Assembly: GCA_001781095.1 (NCBI GenBank)
Contig: MFKU01000010.1
Coordinates: forward strand, 14,254 to 78,253
Source: Candidatus Kaiserbacteria bacterium RIFCSPHIGHO2_01_FULL_53_31
GTDB taxonomy: Bacteria; Patescibacteriota; Minisyncoccia; Phycocordibacterales; Phycocordibacteraceae
DNA: 64,000 nucleotides
Direction: 5' to 3'
Numbering within the stretch: position 1 is the stretch's first letter; every line of letters begins with the position of its first letter. The notes under the pieces were generated by a model. That model was not told the DNA's origin. It saw only the letters and a list, made by a program, of their open reading frames with translations, and did no database searches. The translations under genes were made by a program, and so were the position numbers. Of the stretch, positions 38,012-49,300 are shown one piece after another.

Positions 38012-38746
38012 ATGACTCGTGATGAGAAGTGGCTGCTCGATGAAAAATATCTCGGCAGAGAAACGCCGGAATATTTTGGGGACAAGAGGCGGCTCGCCAC
38101 GGGCGAGCCGCTCGCCTACGTCATCGGCTGGCAACCATTTCTAGGTCTTAAAATCTACCTCGACTCCCGTCCGCTCATCCCCCGCCCCGAGACCGAATGG
38201 TGGACTGAAGGACTTCTGAAGAAAATGTCGGGGAGTGAACGACCAACTGTGTTTCTTGATCTTTGCGCTGGTTCGGGCGCGATTGGGTGTGCTGTGTTGA
38301 AAAATATTCAGGACGCGCAGGTCTACTTCGGTGAGATTGACCCCGCACATGAGGCAACTATTTTTAAAAACATACGAGGAAATAATCTCGATGAGTCCCG
38401 CGCTCATTTCGGCATCGGCGATCTCTTTCAACCGTTGAAGGATTTGAGATTTGACGTTATAGCCGTCAATCCTCCCTATATCCCGATAAATCGCGAGCTG
38501 CCTGCGAGCGTAACTGACTACGAACCGGCGCGCGCGCTCTACGCCGGAACTGACGGACTAGATATCATCCGCAAAATTGCCACGGAACTTCGCGCCTATC
38601 TTACACGCGGTGGCACCGCATGGATTGAATGCGACAGCGCTCACGCTGAAGCCGCTCGCGCTCTGTTTCTGAAACAAGAATTCCGCGCCGTCATAAAGGA
38701 CGACCAGTTCGGCGTACCACGAGTCGTGGAAGTGAGTTACTCATGA
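38012..38746 (+). CDS. prmC: Release-factor glutamine methyltransferase
   Basis: GEPLAYVIG, LIPRPETE, DLCAGSG, NPPY. Confidence 0.93.
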   Translation: MTRDEKWLLDEKYLGRETPEYFGDKRRLATGEPLAYVIGWQPFLGLKIYLDSRPLIPRPETEWWTEGLLKKMSGSERPTVFLDLCAGSGAIGCAVLKNIQDAQVYFGEIDPAHEATIFKNIRGNNLDESRAHFGIGDLFQPLKDLRFDVIAVNPPYIPINRELPASVTDYEPARALYAGTDGLDIIRKIATELRAYLTRGGTAWIECDSAHAEAARALFLKQEFRAVIKDDQFGVPRVVEVSYS

Positions 38747-38758
38747 TAAAATCTCAGC

Positions 38759-39994
38759 ATGTCTGAACCGCTTTCAACTGAACCCTATAAAGGCGTCCGC
38801 GATTTTTATCCCACCGACTGGGCACGGCTTCAGACGATATTCACTCGCATTCGCGAGACGCTCGCCCTCTGGGGGTATGAGGAATACAACGCTTCCCCGC
38901 TCGAGCGCGCCGAGCTCTATGGGGCGAAGACTTCGGAGGAAATTGTAAGCGAGCAGACCTATACCTTTACCGATCGCGGCGACCGCCGTGTTACGCTCCG
39001 CCCGGAGATGACTCCGACCTTGGCCCGCATGGTCGCCGCGAAGCGCCGAGAGATGCCCTTCCCGCTTCGCTGGTTCTCGATTCCAAATATCTTCCGCTAT
39101 GAACGCCCTCAGAAGGGCCGCCTGCGCGAGCACTATCAGCTCAATGTCGACCTCGTCGGTATCGCGAGTAGTGAAGTAGATATCGAGATCGTCAAGATCG
39201 CTTCTGAAATAGTGCGGGCGTTCGGTGCGAAGGAGAGTGACTTCACCATTCGCGTTAATTCTCGTGCACTCCTCACCGCCGCCTGTACTGCCGCTCTGCT
39301 CGACGCCGATGCGACGCGCGCATACCTGCACCTGCTCGACAAGAAATCGAAGATGCCGGCCGAAGAATTCAATGCGGCGCGTGAGGCTATCACGACGACT
39401 GACCCGCTTCCACTCATCGATTCCACCGAGATAGAATCATTCGTCGCGACGCTTAAGGAACACGGAATCGGTAATGCCGTTTTCGATTCGACACTCACGC
39501 GCGGGTTCGATTACTACACGGGCGTCGTGTTCGAAATTTTTGATACTGATCCAGCGAATCCCCGCTCCATATTCGGAGGCGGTCGCTTCGACAAGCTGGT
39601 TGCCCTTTTCGGCGGCGATCCTATTCCCGCAGTCGGATTCGGCATGGGCGATGTGACGTTTGCTGATTTCCTCGAGACGCATGGGCTCACGCCGAGCGAA
39701 GCCGGCAAACGACCGCAGCTCTACATTGGTACTCCCAATTTAAGCAATATACCTGCTGCACAAGCATTCGCCGATATGCTGCGTGCGCAAGGCGTGCGAG
39801 TATTCGTCAATCTAAGCGAGCGCGCTCTCGGCGACCAGATTAAAGATGCCGTGAAGCGCAACATTCCACTCTTCATAGCCTATGGTGCTGACGAGGTCGC
39901 GAGTGGCACCGTAAAATTGAAAACACTCGCGATGAGCGAAGAAATTTCTATTCCGATGTCAGAACTCGCCTCGAAAATCCAAAGTAGCAATTGA
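38759..39994 (+). CDS. hisS: Histidine--tRNA ligase
   Basis: KGVRD, LRPEMT, FRYERPQKGRLRE, RGFDYY, GGGRFD. Confidence 0.97.
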   Translation: MSEPLSTEPYKGVRDFYPTDWARLQTIFTRIRETLALWGYEEYNASPLERAELYGAKTSEEIVSEQTYTFTDRGDRRVTLRPEMTPTLARMVAAKRREMPFPLRWFSIPNIFRYERPQKGRLREHYQLNVDLVGIASSEVDIEIVKIASEIVRAFGAKESDFTIRVNSRALLTAACTAALLDADATRAYLHLLDKKSKMPAEEFNAAREAITTTDPLPLIDSTEIESFVATLKEHGIGNAVFDSTLTRGFDYYTGVVFEIFDTDPANPRSIFGGGRFDKLVALFGGDPIPAVGFGMGDVTFADFLETHGLTPSEAGKRPQLYIGTPNLSNIPAAQAFADMLRAQGVRVFVNLSERALGDQIKDAVKRNIPLFIAYGADEVASGTVKLKTLAMSEEISIPMSELASKIQSSN

Positions 39995-39996
39995 AC

Positions 39997-40578
39997 ATGC
40001 GTGCTATCACCTTCGACATCGAATCCATTTCAAACTCGTCCGTGCGGGGGCATGTCGATGTCAACGAGCAAGAGCTCACCGTCGTGGCAATTCACGATTC
40101 TCTCACCAACGAATATTCTTCGTATTTTAAAGAACAACTGCACCTCCTGTGGCCAACGCTTGAACGAGCCGACCTCTTGATTGGATTCAATTCCAACACA
40201 TTCGATATTCCGCTTCTGAATCGATATTACCCGGGTGACCTCACTCACTTCCCCTCACTCGACCTGCTCCTTGAGGTGCAGAAAGTTCTTGGTCGTCGCA
40301 TTCGGCTACAATCCCTCGCCGAAGCAACCCTCGGACGCGGGAAGAAGGGCGACGGGCTCAAGGCGGGCGAATGGTGGAAGGGGGGGGAAAGAGACAAGGT
40401 ACGCGAATATTGCATCGAAGACGTGCGCCTCACGCACGATCTCTACGACTACGCACTTAAACACGGAGTCCTCAAGTATAAAGATCTGCGCGATATTCGT
40501 GACATCAAGCTCGACACCTCCGGATGGGATACGGCGGCCGCGACATCCCCGACAATGACCCATGCCCTTCCCTTATGA
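39997..40578 (+). CDS. DEDD-type 3'-5' exonuclease / RNase H-like domain protein
   Basis: FDIE, GFNSNTFD, YCIEDV motifs. Confidence 0.8.
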   Translation: MRAITFDIESISNSSVRGHVDVNEQELTVVAIHDSLTNEYSSYFKEQLHLLWPTLERADLLIGFNSNTFDIPLLNRYYPGDLTHFPSLDLLLEVQKVLGRRIRLQSLAEATLGRGKKGDGLKAGEWWKGGERDKVREYCIEDVRLTHDLYDYALKHGVLKYKDLRDIRDIKLDTSGWDTAAATSPTMTHALPL

Positions 40579-41249
40579 GATCGACTTACACCATTCCGGT
40601 CGCAATTGTACTCGGCGGCGTTATCGTTGCGGTAGCAGTCTATTTCTCCATTGCGCGTCCTTTCCCTAAAACCAGCTCCGGCACCGGTAATCCGGCGCTG
40701 GTGCGTCCGGTCGGTACGAGCGATCACATTCTCGGGAGCCCCACCGCGCCCGTGATGATTGTCGAATATTCTGACTTCGACTGCGACTATTGCAAAGGTT
40801 TCCACGCCGTACTGCACCAGATCATTGCGAACGAGGGTGCGCAGGGGCAAGTCGCGTGGGTGTTTCGTGAATTCCCGCTAACTGAAATTCATGCGAATGC
40901 GATGAAACATGCCGAAGCGGCCGAGTGCGTCGCGAAGGTTAGCGGCAATGATGCATTTTGGAAATTCGCGGATGTACTCTTCGCGAATCAGCCGGTTGAT
41001 CCCTCGCGCTACTGGGAGTTCGCAGCGAGAGCGGGCGTTTCGGGAGATGCATTCGCCACCTGCTTCGCGGAGGCTGCAACAAGAGTCGACATGCGCATCA
41101 CTGCCGATCGTCAGAATGCACTTGATACCGGTGCCATCGGCACCCCTTACTCCCTTATTCTCGTGCAAGGTAAAGTACCGATAGTTATTGACCAAGCGTT
41201 CTCCTACGACGACCTGAAGCTCCTCATCGATCAAACTCTCGGCAAATAA
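40575..41249 (+). CDS. DsbA/thioredoxin-fold protein, membrane anchored
   Basis: VEYSDFDCDYC (CxxC), FREFPL..IH, GTP; start ATG 40575. Confidence 0.9.
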   Translation: MRSTYTIPVAIVLGGVIVAVAVYFSIARPFPKTSSGTGNPALVRPVGTSDHILGSPTAPVMIVEYSDFDCDYCKGFHAVLHQIIANEGAQGQVAWVFREFPLTEIHANAMKHAEAAECVAKVSGNDAFWKFADVLFANQPVDPSRYWEFAARAGVSGDAFATCFAEAATRVDMRITADRQNALDTGAIGTPYSLILVQGKVPIVIDQAFSYDDLKLLIDQTLGK

Positions 41250-42095
41250 CTATTCTTCCACGAGACGCAAGCGATACATATTAAAAGAGTCCTCGCCTTC
41301 GAACATGTCAGAAGGGTTTGGCAGGAACACGCGACGGCTCGAGAGCTCCTTCGTGGCGTCATTCACGAGTCGGCGAAATACTTCAAACTCCTCCTTTACA
41401 TTTTCGTACTCAAGCACATAGCGTCGCATCTGTGACGAGCCATCAGCATTCCTCCTCTTCTTGCATTCATAGACAATGAACCGCCGAACCGGTCGGTCGA
41501 ACATCTCGCGCACGGTGTAATAGTTGAAAATAGCCTGCAGGATAAATAGCGGCTTCCCTGCGCCACTTTTACTAAACGCATCGACGAATTTGTGGTCCAC
41601 GATGTCGACCGCACTCGAGTCCCCGCGCGACTCCACTACTAAATCCGAAATAGCCTTTATTGGCAGCGCAAGCCCTTCAACCGATACGACTCCCGATATC
41701 TCGACACCCAACACCTTGTGCTTCGGAGCCCGCATTAAGTAAAAGCCGACAGCCTGCAAATAATCCTTCTCCATCGCTGCACGCTTCGTTTTCTTCGCTC
41801 TTACCGACTTCGCCTTGCCGAAATTGATTTCAAAATCCGCAACCGAACGCAGGTATTCAAGCCCGAGGCGTTTAGCCATCTCTTTATCCGCGCCACTATA
41901 GAAATGCTGGAGAGCGATGTGGCCGGCGCGCCCAATAATCCCAGCTGGTCCAGACGGCGTGTCGTAAATCTTCTCTACGTACCGCTTGTACCACGCTAAG
42001 GGATTTCTCAGAAACGCCATCAATGACGAATGGCTCCAATGCTCGATTGGAAGTTTTGACTTTCTCTTGCCATGCTTTCTTTTTGCGGTAGCCAT
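41250..42095 (-). CDS. PD-(D/E)XK nuclease-family protein
   Basis: WSHSSL...GRAGH.AL...SDLVV...IVDHK...LQA; lacks the Fe-S cysteines. Confidence 0.75.
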   Translation of the reverse strand: MATAKRKHGKRKSKLPIEHWSHSSLMAFLRNPLAWYKRYVEKIYDTPSGPAGIIGRAGHIALQHFYSGADKEMAKRLGLEYLRSVADFEINFGKAKSVRAKKTKRAAMEKDYLQAVGFYLMRAPKHKVLGVEISGVVSVEGLALPIKAISDLVVESRGDSSAVDIVDHKFVDAFSKSGAGKPLFILQAIFNYYTVREMFDRPVRRFIVYECKKRRNADGSSQMRRYVLEYENVKEEFEVFRRLVNDATKELSSRRVFLPNPSDMFEGEDSFNMYRLRLVEE

Positions 42096-42117
42096 ACCGC
42101 TCTATTGTACGTGAAAA

Positions 42118-42153
42118 CTAATACGGCTTCAGGTGGCTGGCTTTGTCGTGGAC
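42118..42153 (-). pseudogene. Displaced recoded copy of the rpoD 3' end
   Basis: Encodes VHDKASHLKPY* versus Rpo[12 protein letters not shown] (42206..42241). Confidence 0.7.
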
Positions 42154-42205
42154 GACATTGTTTGATTATGAAGCACGAATTAGAAAACAAGAAGTACTGA
42201 GAAAG

Positions 42206-43414
<1,209 letters not shown>

Positions 43415-43444
43415 ATGGAATGCTATGTATTAGAAAAATGTGAA

Positions 43445-45139
43445 TTAAGTTCCGATGAAGGAGAGTCGAACTGATAGCGCCGCACACACCGCTTGTGCAC
43501 CGGCGACTGCGGCCGCATCTCCCGCGGCTTCTGCTCTGCGTAAATCCTCTACTGCTTTTTGATACGCCTCGCGGATAACCGCTGATTCAAAGGCGTGCAG
43601 AAGTTCGTCCGCCGCCGTCTCTAACGGGTCCTCGCCGCATGCTTGTTCCGCCTCAAATACGGCAGACTCGGGGAGGGTCTCGAGAGGAGGCACCTGAACT
43701 CCAGTAATTCGAGCGTACTCTGCTTCTATACGTCTGGCAAGGGGGGTATCGGGATAAGCGCAGAGTGCACCAAGGAGTTGCAGCTCGCGCGTCTCACGTG
43801 CAGAGGTGCGAGGTGTGAGGTTTGAAATGCGAGAAGACGTGCCATCATCCCTCATGCCTCGCACCTCATGCCTCGTATGTGAAAGCGTTTCGCGAACCGC
43901 TTCGGTCGAGAGTCCGAGCGAGCGAGCCGCAACCTGCAAGAAATGTTCGCGCTCCATCGGGCTCTTCATCGCGGCGATGAGAGGCAACACGACCGTCTCG
44001 GCCGTGCGCACCAATCGATGAGGATCAGCTTCTTTTTCAGAAAGTACCGAAAGAAAAAATTCGACAATGGGTTTCGCCGCTTTCACTCGTGCTGAAAAAT
44101 CATTGTGATCTTCAGAAATTAGATCTGCCGGATCTTTTCCTTGTGGGAGTCGTACCGCCTTGACTCGCAATCCTTCGCGAAGTGCGAGTTGCGCCGACTT
44201 CGCCGTCGCGGCGAGCCCCGCGGTATCGGCGTCGAGCACGAGCATCAAGTTCTCGCTGTAGCGCTTCATGAGCGCCACATGCTTCTCCGTGAGTGCCGTA
44301 CCAGAGAGTGCCACAGCATTCTCAAAGCCAGCTTGGTGCGCGTGGAGCACATCCATCTGACCCTCGACAAGGAGTGTGAATCCCCGCGTGCGAATCGCAT
44401 CCTTCGCTCGATCAAGTGCGAAAAGAATTTCAGACTTATGATAGAGCGCGGTCTCAGGACTATTTAAATATTTCGCTGGTTCGTCTGCCGACAAAGCTCT
44501 GCCAGTAAAGGCGACGACACGCCCGACAACATCACGTATCGGGAACATCAGCCGATTGCGAAAGCGATCATAATAGGTGCCCTTTTTCCCATCGGCCTCT
44601 TTAATTAATCCTGCAGCGAGCAATTCTTCAATAGTGAAATTCTCCGCCGTCATTGCTTCAAGCAATGCGCGCCACGCATCGGGCGCATAGCCAAGACCCC
44701 AGATCGTACGCGTATCATCCGCGAGTCCGCGACTCTTTGCATATGCCTTAGCAATACTCTCGGGAAAATTTCCCTCATACCACCTCGCCGCCCGTTGCAT
44801 TACCTCTCGCAGCCGTTCTTTCTTCGACGTCGCCTCGTCGCCCGCTTTACCCCGAGCGAAGTCGAGGAGCACTCCCGCCTTTTCTGCGAGAATCTTCAGT
44901 GCACCTTTAAAGTCAACCCCATCAATTTTCTGAACAAACGAAAATATGTCGCCGCCCTCGTCACAGCCGAAGCAATGCCACGACCCGCGCTCCACGCTCA
45001 CGTGGAAACTGGGCGTCTTCTCTTTATGAAAGGGGCACAATCCCATCATCGACTTCCCTGCCCGCACGAGCTTCACGTGCGGACTGACGATATCGATAAT
45101 CGAGAGACGGTCTTTAATCTCGGAAACAGAGTCAGTCAT
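43445..45139 (-). CDS. dnaG: DNA primase
   Basis: CPFHKEKTPSF..CFGC, KYLNSPET, VEGQMD, DADTAG. Confidence 0.97.
   Translation of the reverse strand: MTDSVSEIKDRLSIIDIVSPHVKLVRAGKSMMGLCPFHKEKTPSFHVSVERGSWHCFGCDEGGDIFSFVQKIDGVDFKGALKILAEKAGVLLDFARGKAGDEATSKKERLREVMQRAARWYEGNFPESIAKAYAKSRGLADDTRTIWGLGYAPDAWRALLEAMTAENFTIEELLAAGLIKEADGKKGTYYDRFRNRLMFPIRDVVGRVVAFTGRALSADEPAKYLNSPETALYHKSEILFALDRAKDAIRTRGFTLLVEGQMDVLHAHQAGFENAVALSGTALTEKHVALMKRYSENLMLVLDADTAGLAATAKSAQLALREGLRVKAVRLPQGKDPADLISEDHNDFSARVKAAKPIVEFFLSVLSEKEADPHRLVRTAETVVLPLIAAMKSPMEREHFLQVAARSLGLSTEAVRETLSHTRHEVRGMRDDGTSSRISNLTPRTSARETRELQLLGALCAYPDTPLARRIEAEYARITGVQVPPLETLPESAVFEAEQACGEDPLETAADELLHAFESAVIREAYQKAVEDLRRAEAAGDAAAVAGAQAVCAALSVRLSFIGT
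43803..43874. repeat. Inverted heptamer arrays in frame inside dnaG
   Basis: GAGGTGC GAGGTGT GAGGTTT GAAATGC ... facing the reverse complement of GAGGCAT GAGGTGC GAGGCAT GAGGGAT. Confidence 0.7.
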
Positions 45140-45230
45140 GCAGCCAGTCTACCGCGCCGCAAAAGCATTTGACAACAGCCGTCCGTATGTTAATGTGCTT
45201 GCGGGGTTGAGATCCTAAAGGAGGTTACAT

Positions 45231-45413
45231 ATGATGAGTAGAAGAAAACGTTTTATGCTCGTTTCTGGCGCACTGCTTGTTGGTGCGACCATCGGCATCG
45301 CACTCGACACCGTGACTGGGACTGACACTAGTCAGTTGGGATGGAGGTGGCTTGTTCATGACCTCTATCTCATGACGTGGGGTTCTGTCATCATGGCTGT
45401 GGTTCTCCGGTAA
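45231..45413 (+). CDS. Orphan two-TM small protein (60 aa)
   Basis: TTGACA at 45169, SD AAAGGAGG, terminator at about 45438-45470. Confidence 0.65.
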   Translation: MMSRRKRFMLVSGALLVGATIGIALDTVTGTDTSQLGWRWLVHDLYLMTWGSVIMAVVLR

Positions 45414-45521
45414 CCGGGGCTCTATCAACGAAACAGCAGGGCGAGAGGCCAGCGGGTCCCTCGCCCTTTTCCTGAGGATATCTGATATCCTCAAATAACT
45501 CCGAGTTTCCGCGTTGTTTAC

Positions 45522-45588
45522 TTTTTGTAATGAATTGTTAGAGCGTCCGGCTTGGACGGAAGCTGTAGCTCGTGCGTTCGGCGGGAAT
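45522..45588 (-). pseudogene. Displaced copy of the rpoC 3' end plus 16 nt of downstream flank
   Basis: IPAERTSYSFRPSRTL* versus RpoC IPAERTSFNIRPSRTL*; identical caattcattacaaaaa after both stop codons. Confidence 0.9.
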
Positions 45589-45597
45589 ACCGTGGCA

Positions 45598-45993
45598 TTA
45601 TCGCTTCTTAGCGTTTCTGGAGTGTGACTTGAGCCAGGTAGCAATTACCGCGGCCTCAATCTTATCGGTTGTCACAGACAATACAAACGTCTCAACTGCC
45701 TTGTTCGTCGCGGTCAATACATGTCCATTTACAAAGAGAAACCGCGCGCACGCGGCAATACCCGTTCTCTTATTTCCATCCACAAATACGTGATAATTAA
45801 CGACGGCTTCGAGATAGACTGCCGCCTTTATAAATAGGTCGGGGTAGAGGTCTCGCCCGCCGAACGTAGCGCGCGGCTTGTTGGCGGCTGCAGCCAGGAG
45901 ATGCGGATCACGGACGCCATGGGAGCCGCCGGTCGCATCGATAACCTCAGAGTGGATAACGAGAATCGACTCTGCGGTAAGATACCGAATCAT
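45598..45993 (-). CDS. doc: Doc/Fic-family toxin
   Basis: HVFVDGNKRT motif; GVRD..LL. Confidence 0.9.
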   Translation of the reverse strand: MIRYLTAESILVIHSEVIDATGGSHGVRDPHLLAAAANKPRATFGGRDLYPDLFIKAAVYLEAVVNYHVFVDGNKRTGIAACARFLFVNGHVLTATNKAVETFVLSVTTDKIEAAVIATWLKSHSRNAKKR

Positions 45994-46229
45994 TTTTTTG
46001 CAAGTGCTTCAAGCGCAGGACGATATCGTTTAATGAAACGACTCGTCCAGTCGAGCAGCTCAGTATCGATCATAGGCGCAGGATGCGACACTAAAAACCG
46101 TCGATGCTTTTCATCAATATCAAGCGCAAGCGGAGTCCCATGCCTGATGCCGAGAGCCTTTAGGGACCGCCTCGGAATCACAACAGCAATTGACGAACCG
46201 ACCTTAATTGCTTTTTGAAATGTTGCCAT
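45990..46229 (-). CDS. AbrB/MazE-family antitoxin
   Basis: KVGSSIAVVIP...LGI..G; C-terminal RYRPALEALAK; overlaps the toxin start. Confidence 0.88.
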   Translation of the reverse strand: MATFQKAIKVGSSIAVVIPRRSLKALGIRHGTPLALDIDEKHRRFLVSHPAPMIDTELLDWTSRFIKRYRPALEALAKK

Positions 46230-46245
46230 TTTCGTAAAGATTATT

Positions 46246-46284
46246 GATTATAACGCCATTATAATCGTTTGGACTGAGATGTCA
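46246..46284 (-). promoter_or_regulatory. TA promoter with palindromic operator
   Basis: TTGACA-16-TATAAT; inverted repeat gattataa-cgcca-ttataatc overlapping the -10. Confidence 0.7.
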
Positions 46285-46349
46285 ACCGCTTCTTAATCTC
46301 CTGTACCGTATCCCGCTCCTGCGATGTTGATCTTTTTTGTAATGAATTG

Positions 46350-49300
46350 TTAGAGCGTTCTGCTTGGGCGGATGTTGAAGCTCGTGCGCTCTGCAGGGAT
46401 CGGCGCGGGGCGCTCGGCCTGAAGCTTCGCGATGTGTGCGAACTTTTTGCTTCCTGAGAATCCTGTGCCCGCAGGGATCAAGCGTCCGAGAATCACGTTC
46501 TCCTTGAGGCCGCGGAGACGATCCACACTGCCACGGAGCGCGGCATTGATGAGGATCTTCGTGGTCTGTTCGAACGAGGCGGCCGAGAGGAAGGATCGGC
46601 GAGAAAGCGCACTCTCCTTGATACCGAGCACAATCTCTTCGCTCTTCGGCGGCAGCTTGTTTGCTACATCCATTTCCTTCACCGCCTTTTCAAATTCCCA
46701 ATCCTCGACGACATCGCCGACTGAGTAGTCCGTGTCACCAGTGTTTGTAATCTTCACACGCGAGAACATCTGCTTCACCACCACTTCGAGGTGTTTGCGC
46801 GAGACGGACGCGCCCTGAAGCTCGTAGATCTTTGACGCTTCGGCGATGATATATTCCTGCACCACGGAGCGTCCCGCATACTCGAAGAGATCATCGAGAT
46901 CTGCCGAACCGTCGGTAAGGACCTGTCCCTTCACCACCGCATCACCCGCCCTCACCAAAGGCACACGTGGATACGGCGCGAGATATTCGTAGACTGAGCC
47001 GTCCTTCTTCCCTTGTCCGGCTGATGGTGCGACTACGACCACTTTCTCACGGCCTGCCTCTTTGATCTCGGTCACGAGACCATCGGATTTCGAGATAACT
47101 GCCGGATTTTTTGGTGAGCGTTTCTCAAAGACTTCTTCGACGCGCGGCAAACCGCTCGTGATATCGCCGCCGATCGACGCCACGCCGCCAGCATGGAAGG
47201 TGCGCATCGTGAGTTGCGTGCCCGGCTCGCCGATCGCTTGTGCGGCCACGGTGCCGACCGCTTCGCCCAAGTCGACAAGTTCTTGCGTCGTGAGGTCCAT
47301 ACCGTAACACGTCTGGCAGACGCCATACCTCGTCTCGCACGACATCGGTGAACGAGCAACGACCGATGACACCGACGCTGCGGCAGAAAGCGCCTCAGCA
47401 TCACCTGCCGAGAGGTATTGTCCGCGCTTGAAGAGCACCGTTCCATCGGCATCTTTTACATCATCTGCGAGCACGCGTCCGCGCAAGACTTCAGCGTAGT
47501 CGATCTGAATACCCGAGAAACTGGTACGATTGATATTCACGCCACGCTTCGTGCCGCAATCTTTTTCTGTCACGATAGAATCCTGCGCTACATCGAAGAG
47601 ACGGCGCGTGAGATATCCGGCCTTCGCGGTGCCAAGCGCCGTGTCGGTGAGGCCTTTGCGCGCGCCGTGTGTGGACATGAAGTATTCAATCGGGTTAAGG
47701 CCTTCAGAGAAGGAGGACGCGATCGGCACTTCGATAGTTTCTCCAGCGGTGTTCTGGATGAGACCTTTCATACCAGCCATCTGTGTCAAGTTGCCCATCG
47801 AGCCGCGAGCACCACTTCTCACCATGTCGGCGACCGAACCCATTGGATTCAACTCGAGAGCGACTTGCTCCTCGACTTCCTGCTTGGCGCCCTGCCAGAT
47901 CTCGATCGCCATGCGGCGTTTTTCCTCCGGCGCGAGAAGACCATTCTGGAAATCTTCTTCAATCTTCGCGACTTTAGCATTGGCCGCTGCGATGATGCGC
48001 GGCTTCTCCTTAGGCACAGCAACATCGTCGATAGCCCAGGAGACGCCGGATTTCGTTGCATACTCGAAACCGAATCGCTTGACCTTGTTCACAATATTCG
48101 GGACGGCATCGATGCCGTAGCGAAAGATGCAGTCATTCACGATGCGTGCGAGCACTTTCTTGGTAATCGTGTCGCCGATAAAAGGATAGTCAGACGGGAG
48201 TACGGTGTTGAAGAGCAGTTTCCCGACGGTCGTCTCGAAGACATGTCCCTCGAAGGCCGCGTACTTCTCCTTCCCCGCTACCGGCAGCACCTTGATCTTC
48301 GCCCGTCGGTCGATGGCCCCGTATTCGGACGCGAGAATAGCGGCATTCGGTGAGGCGAAATATTCGCCTTCGCCCTTTGCGCCATCCACCGCCTTGGTGA
48401 GCCAGTAGACGCCGAGAATAATATCGAGCGGCTTTCCGGTAAGCACGATGATGTCGCCCGAGCCCGGTTTCAAGATATTTTTATTTGCACTCATCACGTT
48501 CTTTGCTTCCCACTGCGCTTCTTCTGAGAGCGGAAGATGCACGGCCATCTGGTCGCCATCGAAGTCCGCGTTGAATGCGTTACAGACGAGCGGGTGCAGC
48601 TGGATAGCATCGCCCTCGATGAGCCGCGGGCGGAATGCTTGGATACCCTGGCGGTGAAGCGTTGGCGCGCGGTTTAGGAGCACGTATTTCCCCGCAATAG
48701 CCTCTTCGAGAATTTCCCACACTTCAGACACGCCGTCTTCGATGAGGCGTCCTGCACCGCGGATATTGAAGGCCAGTTCGCGTGAGAGGAGTCCCGCGAT
48801 GACGAACGGACGGAAGAGCTCGAGCGCCATGTGCTTCGGCAGACCGCATTCGTCGAGCTCGAGATCAGGACCGACGACGATCACCGATCGGCCCGAGTAG
48901 TCGACACGCTTACCGAGCAAGTTCTGGCGGAAGTAGCCCTGCTTCCCTTTCAGATAGTCAGCGAGCGACTTGAGCGGTCGGCGCTGCGCCGCCGTGAGCG
49001 CACCTCCCGAGGCGCTGCCCTTGCGAATAGAGTTGTCGAGGAGCGCATCCACCGCTTCCTGCAAAATGCGTTTCTCATTGCGCAGGATGACTTCCGGCGC
49101 GTGGATGTCGAGCAGCTTCTTAAGACGATTATTGCGATTGATGACGCGGCGATACAAGTCGTTCACGTCTGAGGTCGCGTGGCGGCCGCCTTCGAGTGCG
49201 ACCATCGGGCGGAGCGCCGGCGGGATGATCGGGATGCGCGTGAGGAAGAGCCATTCGGGTCGAATATGCGACGCGATAAGACCGGCGATGAGCGAGAGAC

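Noticed and set aside
47418-48353. Long antisense ORFs (also 25466-26230, 26563-27294, 23771-24472, 60118-60708 and others)
   Set aside because: Shadow ORFs opposite well-supported genes, with no motifs or expression signals.
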